From Octopus bimaculoides (lineage: Eukaryota), in NCBI RefSeq assembly GCF_001194135.2, contig NC_068990.1:52833769-52876338 (forward strand): 42,570 nt of DNA, written 5' to 3'. How positions within the stretch are numbered: the stretch's first letter is position 1; each line of letters starts with the position of its first letter. Positions 24,300-36,778 of this stretch are shown here, in pieces. Made by a program: the position numbers and the translations under genes. Under the pieces are notes generated by a model. It had not been told where the DNA came from and did not search any database. It worked only from the letters and a program-made list of their open reading frames with translations.

Positions 24300-25410
24300 A
24301 GGGTTTGTCAGAAAATTGACTTCCCAATCCCAAACTTATCAATACTATAAATAAAGACCTTTGAAGAAAAAAGAAAACTTTGATGGAGCACTTATCACCT
24401 TAATAACTCCATTGATAACAACAACATAGAACATAAATTCAGTTTTAAAATTAACAAGGGTCCATCTTTAAAAAAAAAAAAATTTAAATCTCTTTGTGCA
24501 AGAATTTAAAATTCAGTAAGTACCTCAACAAATTCCAGAATGACCTATCCTATAAACTGGAAGTTATCAGGAAATCAGGAGACTTGTATATTAAACCCTA
24601 TGAAACTAAGAATTTATCCCTATTTTATCTTCAGTTTCATTCACAAAAATTAAAAGAAAACCAACTGCAGTAGACTTAATGCTGGCAAGTCTCAACTGAT
24701 CAGTCAACGACTGATAGTTTCAGAAAAATCCTTTTCAATTTTTTTTCAAAAACTTGGATCTGAATTACCATCAAGGCTCACCTCACAAAAGCAAATTGTC
24801 TTGATTTTACTCTTTGCCTCCCCAGTGTTCTTTGTTAGTATGAACCTAACAAAAAAATTCCACCCCCGTACACTCAAAACTTCTTTAACTCCTTAAAGTA
24901 CATTTCGCTTTAACACTTTGGAAATTCAAACCAGATATATCTGGCCAAAATATTCAGTTTTATGTGAAAACTGGTCAGGTCTGGCCTCTTACACCTGCCC
25001 TACTATGTCATTCTAAAAATAAACAATCACACCATCAAAATTTCAATGTTACAGGTTAATGCATGATTAATTAAAAACTATGTGAATAAATAAGTATTAC
25101 ATTTGACAGTAATTGAAATGCTAAAGGGTTAAATCATAATCATAAAAATAATCTTAAAACTTCAAATGCCTCTCACTCAAACTTCAACCATAATTTACCA
25201 TATTCTAATACCTCTTAATAAAAGGAACTAAATGAGTAACCACCAATACATCATACTCGATTGCTTCACTGATACCAAAACTGATCTTTGGAATTTGTTT
25301 GGCAAAAGATTTAATGTATCACTGTATAGTTAACGCTTACAACTGTAAAGCTTACATGGTTATGACTTCAAACTAGTCTAAATCCAGGTGTTATTCTCAC
25401 ATATAATCTT
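24300..25410 (+). mobile_element. Very degenerate Penelope-like element (RT thumb and GIY-YIG relic), interrupted by a MITE
   Basis: LPY at ~25195; C-K-A-Y-M-V-M-T-x6-R-x3-H at ~25343-25400 keeps the PLE GIY-YIG spacing (YxGxT..R..H, with G>V); LNYHQGSPHKSK at ~24760 weakly recalls the thumb motif. Frames are badly broken. Confidence 0.4.
24914..25128 (-). mobile_element. TTAA-flanked non-autonomous DNA transposon (piggyBac-like MITE)
   Basis: TTAA at 24910-24913 and 25129-25132; right terminus aatgctaaaggg; a homologous copy at 23241. Confidence 0.75.
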
Positions 25411-26992
25411 TTAGAAATCAAAACCTCATTGGCTTCTTACATTAGGTCACAAAAGGGGAATTTGATAGCCAGTATTAGAATACTGTTCCTTGAGCTTAAG
25501 TACACCTGGATAACAATCCTTGCAGATTTATCACCATGTAGGACTACCATATTTTTTTTGTTAAAATCTCATTATCTAGTTGCCACTTGGCAAACATTTG
25601 AAACTGTAATCCTAGGAAATTCAAGAGACAAATTTTTTTCATCTGTTTATCCTCTTTCACTACTAGCAATAACATATTTCTATTTGTGTGCATGTTTTTG
25701 TATTTTCATTGTTTTAGTCATTCTGTATTCTGCATTCTTAGATTATCTTCAGTCTTTTCCACCTCTAACATTATTAATGTGTGTAAACCCATGGACACTT
25801 TTTCCCATATTGGAGTTTTTTCTAAATTGAATCACCATTCACTTTTCATCTTTGATTCTGGCTAAATCATGTGTGAATATGTATGATTCATTAATATTTT
25901 ATATCTGCTTTCCATTCCTATAAGTTTGAAATATTGAGATGATTGGTGCCTTAGTATGTAAAACAGACTCTTGTAAAGTGTGAGTTGGCAGTCTACTTCC
26001 AATTCTTAGTTGTAGCTGTTATTTACAAATATAATATTTTCTCTCAAATACTCAGGCTTCATTCCTTGCATCAGGAAGGCATCTAGTGTCTTGTCTGTGA
26101 GAACCTATGACAGTGTCTTCAAAGCTGTGTCCAGAATTGAGACATACATTTAAGTAGAGATAATTTTGACAAGATACTTCTGTTGAAAAGTATTGATATG
26201 TTGGTAGAATCTGTACACTTGTCCAATGTAAGGTTAGTTATCCCAACTAAAAATTGAAACTATGAATTCAGCATTTTGCAATGATGCCTTGGACAATCAT
26301 GTAGCAGATAAAAAGAAGCTGACAATCTAAATCTCAAAAACTGAGATTCAGATATTTCCATACAAAGTAGTCAGTCTATGATAGTCTTGAAATAAGTAAT
26401 GCTATGTGGCTGTAGAAACACATATCTAAATAGAAAGGATTACTCTTGGTGCATTGAATTTTCTCTGTGGGAGACTCTTGAAAAGTAAGACAGTGGAACA
26501 GTACATTTTCACCATGTCACATTGCACTCCATACAAATCATCAATGCAGTGTGGTTCTCATCTAGGCAGCAACATGTTTGATTTCGAACAAATCTGTTAG
26601 CTGTGCTTCATTGTTTGAACAGGTCTATAGCCTACAGAAGACAAGGTATTATTAGCTGACCTGTCAATGAGAGCTGACTTGAAGCTAGACATCAAATTAA
26701 CTTCCCTAGAATTTGAACTCATAATAACTATGTTACAAACTTGAGATGAGGAAACTGCTTGTTTAATCATTTAATTATCTTTTTGTGTGTCAAAACTGTT
26801 CTTTGGTTAGATGGTGTAGAGTTCACTAATAAAATACATCATAACGTAGAGAAGTCATTTGTTAGATTCTGGTGATGAATGTGGTTATTCATTTAAACTG
26901 GTGATAATGGCAGAACACTCATAATTATTGATTGAGGCTTGAAATCTTTTGCAGCACTGTTTAGCTTTAAATCCTATGAAATAATAATTCTT

Positions 26993-27199
26993 TCTACTAA
27001 AGGCACAAGGGCTGCAGTTTTGGAGGAGGGGACTAATCGATTACATTGACCCAGTGTTTCACTGGTGCTTTAATTTATTGACCCTGAAAGGATGAAAGCC
27101 AATGTCGACCTTGGCAGAATTTGAACTCAGAACATGTCGTCAGCTGAAATGCTGCTAAGTGTTTTGCCCAATGTGCTAACAATTTTGCCAGCTTGCTGC

Positions 27200-27200
<1 letters not shown>
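26993..27200 (-). mobile_element. tRNA-derived SINE, third family (Nin/Deu-like central domain)
   Basis: gaccctgaaaggatgaaagccaatgtcgaccttggcagaatttgaactcagaac; B-box-like gagttcaaatt on the minus strand; head ..gctaacaattttgccagcttgctgc. Confidence 0.75.
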
Positions 27201-27224
<24 letters not shown>

Positions 27225-27231
<7 letters not shown>

Positions 27232-27390
27232 CTCAAAAGCCTGAAATTTGGGAGAGGGAGTTAGTTGATTTCAACTGCTGTATATTTCATCAGCCCTGAA
27301 AGGATGAAAGGTAAAGTTGACTTTGGTGGAATTTTAACTCAGAATGTAAAGCCAGAAGAAAAGCTACAAAGCATTTTGTCTGACACAATA
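27225..27390 (-). mobile_element. Second, more degenerate copy of the third SINE family, in tandem
   Basis: ccctgaaaggatgaaaggtaaagttgactttggtggaattttaactcagaatg. Confidence 0.7.
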
Positions 27391-28522
27391 ATAATTGTAA
27401 TAATAATAGCAATTTTTAAGCTCCCTGAAGTCTAATAGCAATTTCATTGAAGTCCGTATTAGTCATTTACAGTTGATAATGAGTGGTTTGATTTCATTAT
27501 TATTTGTTGCTATTTATCCAAGACAATTGTCTTGTCATTGTCTGGATGTTAATTGTTGACGTTTGGTAGCAATTTGAATATAATTCTGAAGATAATGAAA
27601 TTTACTTTTGCTATGCTAGAATGCTTTATACATATAATTCTTGTTTCAAAATTACTTTTCATTGATGAAAGAAGTATTTCATTTTTTAATATCTTGAAAC
27701 CAAATGTAAAAAAAAAAATTTTTTTGAAAACTTTTTTGCCGTAAGTATGACAACCATCAGTCCAAAACTAGTTTTAAAGTGTTTATATTTTAAATCAAAA
27801 TCTTCCATAATAATTTTATGTAAAAACAACTACAAACTTTTTGTATTAGTAGTGATATTAGTTGTTGTTTTGGTAAATTCTTTCAAATTGTCGATTATTT
27901 TTAAATTAATTAAAATGCATAATGAATATATTTTGTTACAAATCTGGTCACGAAACTTTTCTCTAGCTTAATTAATTCAATATGGTTAATATGTATTTAG
28001 GTTGAATATTGCTTCCTTTCTATGTAACACTGCATGAATAGAAGAGACAGTTGTTAAAATTGGTATAGTCCTATTTATGATAGCATTCAATTGTGACAAA
28101 CAATTATTTTTCCTTTTCTGACGTAATGAATCCCTCTATCCTAATTTATAGGTGAAAGAAACAATGAAAATATAAATGATCTTGAAAACATTTGAAATAT
28201 TACACAGAATAGGAATTGTAATGTTTATATGCCCCACACCCCACCCTGATTTTTATTGAAGTTTTTATCTATTTTTGAAATTTCGACTTTAAAACACAAG
28301 TAGTGATATTGTGTAGTAACAAAAGTAGTCATATTTCTTTTGAACATTTTAAATTCTTTAAACACTATGCCTTGTTCTCTCTGTCTTTTTCATTTCCTTT
28401 CATATCCACAAATTGTGGATATACTCATCATAATGTCCCTATACACTTATACATTGCATATAATTAAATGCTTGCATGAGAAGACACAGAGGCATCATGT
28501 ATATATGTGTGCATGCATGTGT

Positions 28523-28582
<60 letters not shown>

Positions 28583-28641
28583 TATATATATATAAGAATA
28601 ATGGAAAATGAAGATAAACACCCAAGATGTTATTTAAATCA

Positions 28642-28740
28642 TTTATATCAACAACATATGTTTCAATACATGCTTTAAAATAAATCCAAGAGGATGAATA
28701 ATGTGGAACAATGCATCAATCTCATCAGGGAGGATATAAA
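28642..28740 (-). ncRNA. Minimal type I hammerhead ribozyme motif in a short element between (TA)n tracts
   Basis: Minus strand: tttatatc-ctcc-CTGATGA-gattgatgc..gcatgtatt-GAAAC-atat-GTT-gtt-gatataaa. Core intact; stem II 7 of 9; palindromic loop ATAT; distal stem I of 8 bp. Confidence 0.7.
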
Positions 28741-29038
28741 CAAGTGTTCATCAATAAGTCATTTTAACAGATGTAAGAAACTACAATATATGATATATNN
28801 NNNNNNNNNNNNNNNNNNNNNNNNNNNNNNNNNNNNNNNNNNNNNNNNNNNNNNNNNNNNNNNNNNNNNNNNNNNNNNNNNNNNNNNNNNNNNNNNNNAT
28901 ATATATATATATATATATAGCAAAAAAAAATGGAGGGGATACAAAAATGACATACATCAGGTGGTAGACATTCTATTATATCTATTCATTCTAAAACATA
29001 AGGAAGTATTATAAGAATACATATACATTCAAAAACTG

Positions 29039-29085
29039 TGTGCTACAGCTGTTTCTGCCAAGAGGCCACGGTATCCTCCATGCTA
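29039..29085 (-). ncRNA. Partial/degenerate hammerhead (3' half intact)
   Basis: Minus strand ggca-GAAAC-agct-GTA-gcaca is perfect; the 5' box is only tggagga (two mismatches to CTGAGGA). Confidence 0.35.
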
Positions 29086-29387
29086 CCTCCATCTCTATAT
29101 GCATATAAATACGCATGCACGCACTCACACACATACACACACATGTATACATACATACATACACACACATATATAGATATATGGAAAACAAAGTTGGATA
29201 GGGAATGCTAATAATTTTCAAAATACCATTAAGAAATTTGACGTCATAGAACAAGAGCAGGAGGGAAGGAAAGAGAAAGGAGAAATGGAGGTATAAACAA
29301 ATAGAGAGTAAATGATAGATGGATAGAAAAGATGAAGGAAAGAATAGGAGGTTTGGGAAGAAAGAATAAAGATTAAGTTGCAGATTA

Positions 29388-30100
29388 TTAGGTAAGGGGG
29401 TAGATATTATTTGAAATAGCTGAGTGTCTTTTTATCCAACGTGAATACCTATAAACACATTCTTTATAGATGTTGACCAGTGTATGTTTAGAAAAGAGGA
29501 TAAGTAGTTGTTCACTTGTACAAAAAAGGCAGAAGGGTTTCCCTTTATCATAGGGAAATGCTCTGGACAAAATTTTCCAATCCAAAGAAAATTGCTTATT
29601 AGAGTCTTTGAGATGCCAAATTAGTTTACTAAGACCTGTAGAATTACATTTATGAATGTATTTAAATGTAGAAAAGTGATTCGCTGTACGTTTTTTAAAT
29701 TCTATAGATGAAAGTCCAATACAAAAGATTTCTTTAGATCCTACAGTAATTTTACATTGGTAAACAATGTTTGCGATTCTGCAATTTCTGTTGAGAACAC
29801 CAGTTTTATTTGGACCATAATTACAAGGACTATTACTATTGATACTATTATTCAAGGAGAGATTATCGTTATTATTAGAATGTTTTTAACCAAATGTTTT
29901 GATATATTAGTAGGGTGATTGATAAAAATGCTGATGTATTTTAGATTGGGTAAAGGTTTATGGTGTGGGAAATATAAGGCTGTATTTAAGTTGAGTGTAA
30001 GGTCAAGGAAATTAACCTTTGTTCTATCATCATCGAAGGTAATACTTAGGCGCATATTACTAAAGAATTTAACAAGATTATTTTTAACATCTTTTAATTT
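29388..30100 (-). mobile_element. Penelope-like retroelement fragment: RT C-terminus/thumb and GIY-YIG endonuclease, 5'-truncated and internally deleted
   Basis: KVNFLDLTLNL..HKP..KYISIFINHP (PLE thumb); CN..C..NIVYQC..CIGLS..FKKR.ANH.STF..TGLSKLIWHLK..WKIL..PFCLFCTSEQ (PLE GIY-YIG). Confidence 0.88.
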
Positions 30101-30239
30101 TTGATTAGAGATATTTTGGAAGTAAAAGAGGCAGTTGTTGCGATATAAACCACCAAGGATATATGTATTTATATTCTATCAGAAATGGCTGACCAATTCC
30201 TCTGGATCTTTCCCATGAATTGAACATGCACGCACGCAT

Positions 30240-30357
<118 letters not shown>

Positions 30358-30481
30358 AGTTGATAAATCGTATGATATACACCTGGTAGTTTACCAGTAA
30401 AGCATGTTCACTTTCTCAGTGTTCTTTCGGTATCTGATTAATGGGAGAGACGGAAGATAAAAGATACGAGAATGTTTATTG

Positions 30482-30587
30482 ATCACTACAATTGCTTTGA
30501 CCCATCTATCATCAATTCCTCACAAGTAGCATACTGAACATCTGGTTTAGGTGTATCCGTCAGTGTAGATGTGCCTCTTCAGGTGAT
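30482..30587 (-). ncRNA. Type I hammerhead relic in the left arm
   Basis: atcac-CTGAAGA-ggcacatcta..tagatgggtc-AAAGC-aatt-GTA-gtgat. Stem I 5 of 5, stem II 9 of 10, palindromic loop AATT; GAAAC mutated to AAAGC. Confidence 0.7.
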
Positions 30588-30940
30588 TACAAGGTGTATC
30601 TCATTAAAATAACATCTGTTCCACAAGATTTCTTCTTTGTATGTGTATACAAAAGCAGCAAATTAAGGGATACAGCTTCATTATTATAGAAATCAATAAC
30701 AAATATAAGATGCAAAAAGAAACAAGTGCAATACAGTGAAAAAGTATTAGATATAACCATTAATAGATATAAATGTAGAAATGCTCTCGCTTATTTTTTG
30801 TATGTGCAATTAATGAAATAATCGATAGCCTATAGAAATTATTAATGCCAGTATGAGGATCACCAGTATAGATAAGCATAGGCTTTTTGCGTTTGCATCT
30901 CACGGTGAGTGATACTTATTTTACCAAGTTACATCTTGTC

Positions 30941-31046
30941 ATCACCTGGAGAAACATGGCTACATTGATGTATACACCTAGACCAGATTTTCAGTATCCC
31001 ATCCATGAAGAATTGATGCTAGATGGGTCAAGACAATTATAATTTT
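30941..31046 (+). ncRNA. Heavily decayed hammerhead relic in the right arm
   Basis: atcac-CTGGAGA..tagatgggtc-AAGAC-aatt-ATA-atttt; recognisable only by homology to the left arm. Confidence 0.5.
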
Positions 31047-31111
31047 GAATAAACCTTCTTGTACCTTCATCTTTTGTCTCTCTCATTAATCAAATATATA
31101 TGTATATATTT

Positions 31112-31278
31112 ATTTATTTATTTATTGCCCACAGGGAGGCTAAACACAGTGGGGGCAAACAAGGACAGACAGAGGGATTAAGTCAATTACATCAACCCCA
31201 GTGCATAACTGGTACTTATTTAATTGACCCCAAATGGATTGAAAGTCGACCTTGGTGGAATGTGAACTCATAATGTGA
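31112..31278 (-). mobile_element. SINE 3' portion (third family)
   Basis: gggattaagtcaattacatcaaccccagtgcataactggtacttatttaattgacccc is shared with the 31511 copy. Confidence 0.8.
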
Positions 31279-31510
31279 ATACTCTCATCGTAAAAAAACC
31301 ACAAATTTTGTAAATGCAGCTACCCAGGGTTTCTTGGTCGAAATAATAATTTATTCCATCATTTATCAAGCTGAAAACAAGGCAGTTTGTCAGTTGTCTT
31401 TTGAGCAGGTAACATTTAAACAAGAGATGCTGGTAAAGAAGGCTGGAAAAACACAAGGGAGATAACCAGCATTACAATAATTCGATGTCAAGCAAACGTA
31501 AACTAGATAT

Positions 31511-31730
31511 TGATTTCTTTATTGCTCACAAGGGGCTAAACATAGAGGGGACAGACAAGAACAGACAAAGGGATTAAATCGATTACATCAACCCCAGTGC
31601 ATAACTGGTACTTATTTAATTGACCCCGAAAAGATGAAAGGCAAAGTCGACCTCAGAACATAACGGCAGACGAGATTTGAACTCAGAACCTAATGGCAGA
31701 CGAAATACCGCTAAGCATTTTGCCTAGCGT
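31511..31730 (-). mobile_element. SINE (third family) with a small internal duplication
   Basis: Same body as 31112; ctcagaacataacggcagacga is repeated as ctcagaacctaatggcagacga. Confidence 0.85.
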
Positions 31731-32087
31731 GATTTGCTAAGTGTCCAGTGGTCTACCTTTAAATTCTGAGAATATGTATTTCTTGAAATAAGATCATTTG
31801 GAAAAAAATCATGTGCCTTGAATTAATGCATTCATTGGAGGTTCTCAAGTTTTTCAAGAAAACACACTGTGTATCTTTTGAACCCACTGGCATATATATA
31901 TATAATCTCTTGCCATATCGCAGTTCATCTATCATTATTATTTAAGCTTACATCCATTCTCTGTGATGTTTTAAATTTATAATAAAATAAATACATGCAA
32001 GTTATAAAAAGAAAAAAAAAATATGCAGTACTGTACTGCGGATTTTCACCTATCATGGGAGGTAACACCCACGATAGTTGAAGATTA

Positions 32088-32150
<63 letters not shown>

Positions 32151-32340
32151 TACATACATACACACAAATAAATATATATGTGTGGGGGGTGGATATGTAT
32201 ACATAAAATCTAGGTGTATGTAATTGTCTAGTGAATTTGCAATGTACTCACAATGACCACATAAGTGTAATTTATTTTTGTTCAGTATGGCTGCATGTAG
32301 TTTCTTACTGAGCTCCAACTTCAGTAAAGTGGGCTTAATA

Positions 32341-32400
32341 TATTCTTTTATTCCTTTATTTGTTTCAGTCATCTTAACTGCGGTCATACCGGAGCACTGT
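32341..32400 (-). mobile_element. SINE 3' tail fragment (2213 family)
   Basis: tattcttttattcctttatttgtttcagtcatcttaactgcggtcataccggagcac. Confidence 0.65.
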
Positions 32401-33728
32401 GACATGTTAAGCTTGAATGGGTAGCACTTAAAAATTCTCAGCATATAATGGAAATCTGGGCTCTCAAAAAATCTGAAAATGAACTTCTATGCAATGGTTA
32501 AACTTGTGTTACTTGGTATATACATACATGTATAAAAATATCATTGCATTAATTACTAAATATTATCATATTTATTTCAAAATACTGCCATATTTTTTTT
32601 TACTCAATATTGTATTTAGTTTCCATTAAAGGATAAAAAGTTTGTTTGAACATTGGTGATTTCTCCATTTTTCATATAACACATGATAGGATTGGATTAT
32701 CAGCTTACAGGAATATTTTGACATCAATGGATAATTGTTATTGGTTTAGTTGTATGGCTTTGTGCCTGATATTAAGTGTAATCTATGTGAAGAGTTACAA
32801 TGTGTGATAAGATAATGAGTTGACTTGACAGATATGGTAGGAAGTAAGGAAGGCAGTGTAATGAAGCGTGCGGATGAAACTTGTTTGTGATTGGATATGA
32901 CAACACAAGTCACCCTGTTAGGTTAGCAACGAATTTGTGGTGAACTTGTAGCTGACAAATTCCAATCCTTTCAAAAGTAACTACTCTATGTTCTGTTGGA
33001 ACTGTCCAAGTGGTGATCACTGATCTTTGTTTCTAAATAGATGTCCTTGATCTATTTTATTTTATAAAGTTGCTTTATGGTGTAAAACAAATCCAGCCCT
33101 GATAAATGATGTACAGCACTCAAGAAAATCTGTTATCAAAATGAAACTTAGTGTCACATTGAATGTTTAAATTCTATTGGAATAATGAAGTTAATAGGAT
33201 AATTATACTTTGCAATCAAGCCTTATATCTTCTGTGTCTGTGTTGCTTACATTGGGTAAGTATATCTAGACAGTCATGGCTTGATTATCTTTAATTGTGT
33301 GTCTGCTGAATCAGAGTTGATGTAAAGTTAATCAGCAACAACCATCATAACCCATATTTATTCTTCAATTTGATGGCTCAACCATGACATTTTATTACAG
33401 CCTCTTCTTTGTCCAAACATAATACTCTTTCTCTTAACATTTCATAAGGGTCTACTCTATTAGTTAAAGAATCTACTTTACTACAAAGGCACACACATTC
33501 ATTTGAGAAAATTTTACAAAGCTCTGTTGGAAAAGAAGTGACACGCATACTCGCTCGCTTTGAGTGTTTAAGGGTAAGAAGAGTATCTAGTTGTGGAAAC
33601 TGTAAAAGTATGAATTATACTGAATTATTTTAGTTAATGAAGACTTGAAATTAATGGCTTGTTTTCTTTATGTGTGCTGGTGTATCAAGGCTACATTTCA
33701 CTGAATAAAGTAGGTAAATTATAACGCA

Positions 33729-33949
33729 TAAAAGACACCATTTCGAGCGTGGCCGTTTTCGTGCGGGTGACATGTAAAAGCACCCACTACACTCTCTGAG
33801 TGGTTGGCATTAGGAAGGGCATCCAGCTGTAGAAACTCTGCCAAATTAGATTGGAGCCTGGTGTAGCCATCCGGTTGCACCAGTCCTCAGTCAAATTGTC
33901 CAACCCATGCTAGCATGGAAAGCGGACGTTAAACGATGATGATGATGAT
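33729..33949 (+). mobile_element. 5'-truncated RTE 3' UTR and tail
   Basis: Matches 850-1085; palindrome 33905-33918; (GAT)n tail. Confidence 0.9.
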
Positions 33950-34348
33950 GCAACAGTTTGTTGTGTGGGAGCTGTTCTTCTGTAGTGGTTGTGTTGGGTT
34001 GTTGGCCGTGTGTAAATGATGGACAACACTCGATCTGAAATTAATATCAAAGATTCATCTATTTACAAGCCTCATTAGAAGGTTCTAGAAGATAGAATCG
34101 TGATGGCTTGATGCTGATTGGTCAGTTAATCAGCCAATCATATGAAATCACTATGACTAAGCTGTGATACTTGGGTATTTAGCTGTTTCGTTTTGAATCT
34201 GCTACAGGTTTATCTGTGTAAAATTTATTTCACAGTGATATAGTGAGAGTCTGCTCCCACTGGCATATGGAGCAGAAGTTTTGTACCATAAACTTGGGGT
34301 TGACCAGTGAATTGTGTGTGTGTGTGTGAGAGAGAGAGAGAAATTGTG

Positions 34349-34391
<43 letters not shown>

Positions 34392-34392
34392 T

Positions 34393-34427
<35 letters not shown>

Positions 34428-35819
34428 CTCTCTCTCTCACACACATTTGTGAAATGAATTATGTTCCTTTATGAAAAAACTTACCTTAGTCTTCAGGTAA
34501 TGATTGCTAAAATAATTGTAAGGCTTAGTACTAGATTCAGTTGTAATTGACAAAAAACTTTTGAATGCAGTGTTTCAACATGTCCACACAGTCTAAAGGT
34601 TGAACTCTTAAAAGAATAAAAAAGTATCTAAAGCAGTGTGTGGGTGTGTGTGTGTGTGTGTGTGTGTTNNNNNNNNNNNNNNNNNNNNNNNNNNNNNNNN
34701 NNNNNNNNNNNNNNNNNNNNNNNNNNNNNNNNNNNNNNNNNNNNNNNNNNNNNNNNNNNNNNNNNNNNNNNNNNNNNNNNNNNNNNNNNNNNNNNNNNNN
34801 NNNNNNNNNNNNNNNNNNNNNNNNNNNNNNNNNNNNNNNNNNNNNNNNNNNNNNNNNNNNNNNNNNNNNNNNNNNNNNNNNNNNNNNNNNNNNNNNNNNN
34901 NNNNNNNNNNNNNNNNNNNNNNNNNNNNNNNNNNNNNNNNNNNNNNNNNNNNNNNNNNNNNNNNNNNNNNNNNNNNNNNNNNNNNNNNNNNNNNNNNNNN
35001 NNNNNNNNNNNNNNNNNNNNNNNNNNNNNNNNNNNNNNNNNNNNNNNNNNNNNNNNNNNNNNNNNNNNNNNNNNNNNNNNNNNNNNNNNNNNNNNNNNNN
35101 NNNNNNNNNNNNNNNNNNNNNNNNNNNNNNNNNNNNNNNNNNNNNNNNNNNNNNNNNNNNNNNNNNNNNNNNNNNNNNNNNNNNNNNNNNNNNNNNNNNN
35201 NNNNNNNNNNNNNNNNNNNNNNNNNNNNNNNNNNNNNNNNNNNNNNNNNNNNNNNNNNNNNNNNNNNNNNNNNNNNNNNNNNNNNNNNNNNNNNNNNNNN
35301 NNNNNNNNNNNNNNNNNNNNNNNNNNNNNNNNNNNNNNNNNNNNNNNNNNNNNNNNNNNNNNNNNNNNNNNNNNNNNNNNNNNNNNNNNNNNNNNNNNNN
35401 NNNNNNNNNNNNNNNNNNNNNNNNNNNNNNNNNNNNNNNNNNNNNNNNNNNNNNNNNNNNNNNNNNNNNNNNNNNNNNNNNNNNNNNTACATTGTGATTT
35501 CTGCAATGTGGTGCATAAATTGTCAAGTAAATGAGACTCATCTTTGCCTCCACTGATTCACTTGAAAAGTGTTGAGTAAAATTATTTCGTTGCAGACCTC
35601 CTTTGAGTCTTTTTATTATCACTGCGACACACATAGTCCCCAGTTGGTAGCATTGATTTCAAGGCCTTCCCAGATGAGAGACTGGCATTCCACTTAATGT
35701 CTATGTTCCATGCTGGCATGGATTGGAGAGTTATTAATGTAGAAATATGGTATCGTAGCTACTAACAGTTGAGGGTTTCGTAGTCTAGACGGCGTTTTTA
35801 GATTTCATTATTCTCTTTA

Positions 35820-35849
35820 ACCCAGGCAAAGCCGGGTATTTCTGCTAGT
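35820..35849 (+). mobile_element. Helitron-type 3' terminus
   Basis: GC hairpin accc(a)ggc-aaa-gccgggt 35820-35837, then CTAG 35845-35848 followed by T. The 5' end was not identified. Confidence 0.6.
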
Positions 35850-36778
35850 ATATTATATAATCCCTGAAATATTGTGTTCCATAATGTTGAATGCATTGGG
35901 ATCAAATTGATATTTATCTTATGCAACCTCAATTACATTAGTAATATTTGATGTTACATGAAGGCAATGAATGGAAATAAGACAGATGTAGTGTTACCAT
36001 CATTTTGTATGTGGTAAGATATGTAATATATAACATATTAGGCCAGTCAGTCTACAGTAGATTTACATTTTAATATATACCATTAATAGATAAAATGGTA
36101 ATATATGTATGGATTATGTTTGTGTAAATATTTGCAATATATACATAATATTTATGTATATTGGTTTGACTAGTATAAGTGTTTGATATCACTGTTATTA
36201 TCATCAACAATAGCACTATGTTATCTTGCGATGTTGAAGATAAATGAGATTACTGAGAATACTGTTGAGGTTTAGAGTGTTATTCATTGAAAATTGTCAA
36301 AACAAAATAGCTTTGGGGAAGAGACTGAAATGAATTTGCATCAAATTTACCCAAATGTAATTTGATATGTAAAGTTTGATTTTCTGTTTGAAACCAAATT
36401 CTTAATTTAGATTATTATTCATTCTGTTGAAAGAGAATATTTTTTTCTTATCTCAGCACTGTAAGCTATCAATCTAATCAGAATTTTCCCTTTGATTTAT
36501 TTGGAAATTTGTACAGTTTTGAAATAGGAGTTCTTTCTTGGAAATATAGCATCAAAGACAGCTCGCAATATTAATGGAGTATTTCATTCTAATGTTATTA
36601 CATAGCAGACAGTATCAAATTGATTTGCAAAATTTTGTTCTGGTAACTTTGACCTCACAAATGAGCAACACTGTCGACCAGAAACAAAGGTGGATAATGA
36701 TGAACTGAAAGCTACCATTATCCATCTCAAAGTGCCCGTGAATTGTTGTTTGGTGTTAGCAAGTAAACAATATTGATT

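Larger units (their letters stand above)
30431..31096. repeat. ~180-bp diverged inverted repeat pair (30431-30613 / 30914-31096), interpreted as PLE pseudo-LTRs
   Basis: The arms align in reverse complement, e.g. gaattgatgatagatgggtcaaagcaattg vs gaattgatgctagatgggtcaagacaatta; spacer ~300 bp. Confidence 0.8.

Noticed and set aside
32235-32330. Minus-strand PTLLKLELSKKLHAAILNKNKLHLCGH ending at a gtgagt donor
   Set aside because: No convincing acceptor (the upstream sequence is a SINE tail) and no recognisable domain.
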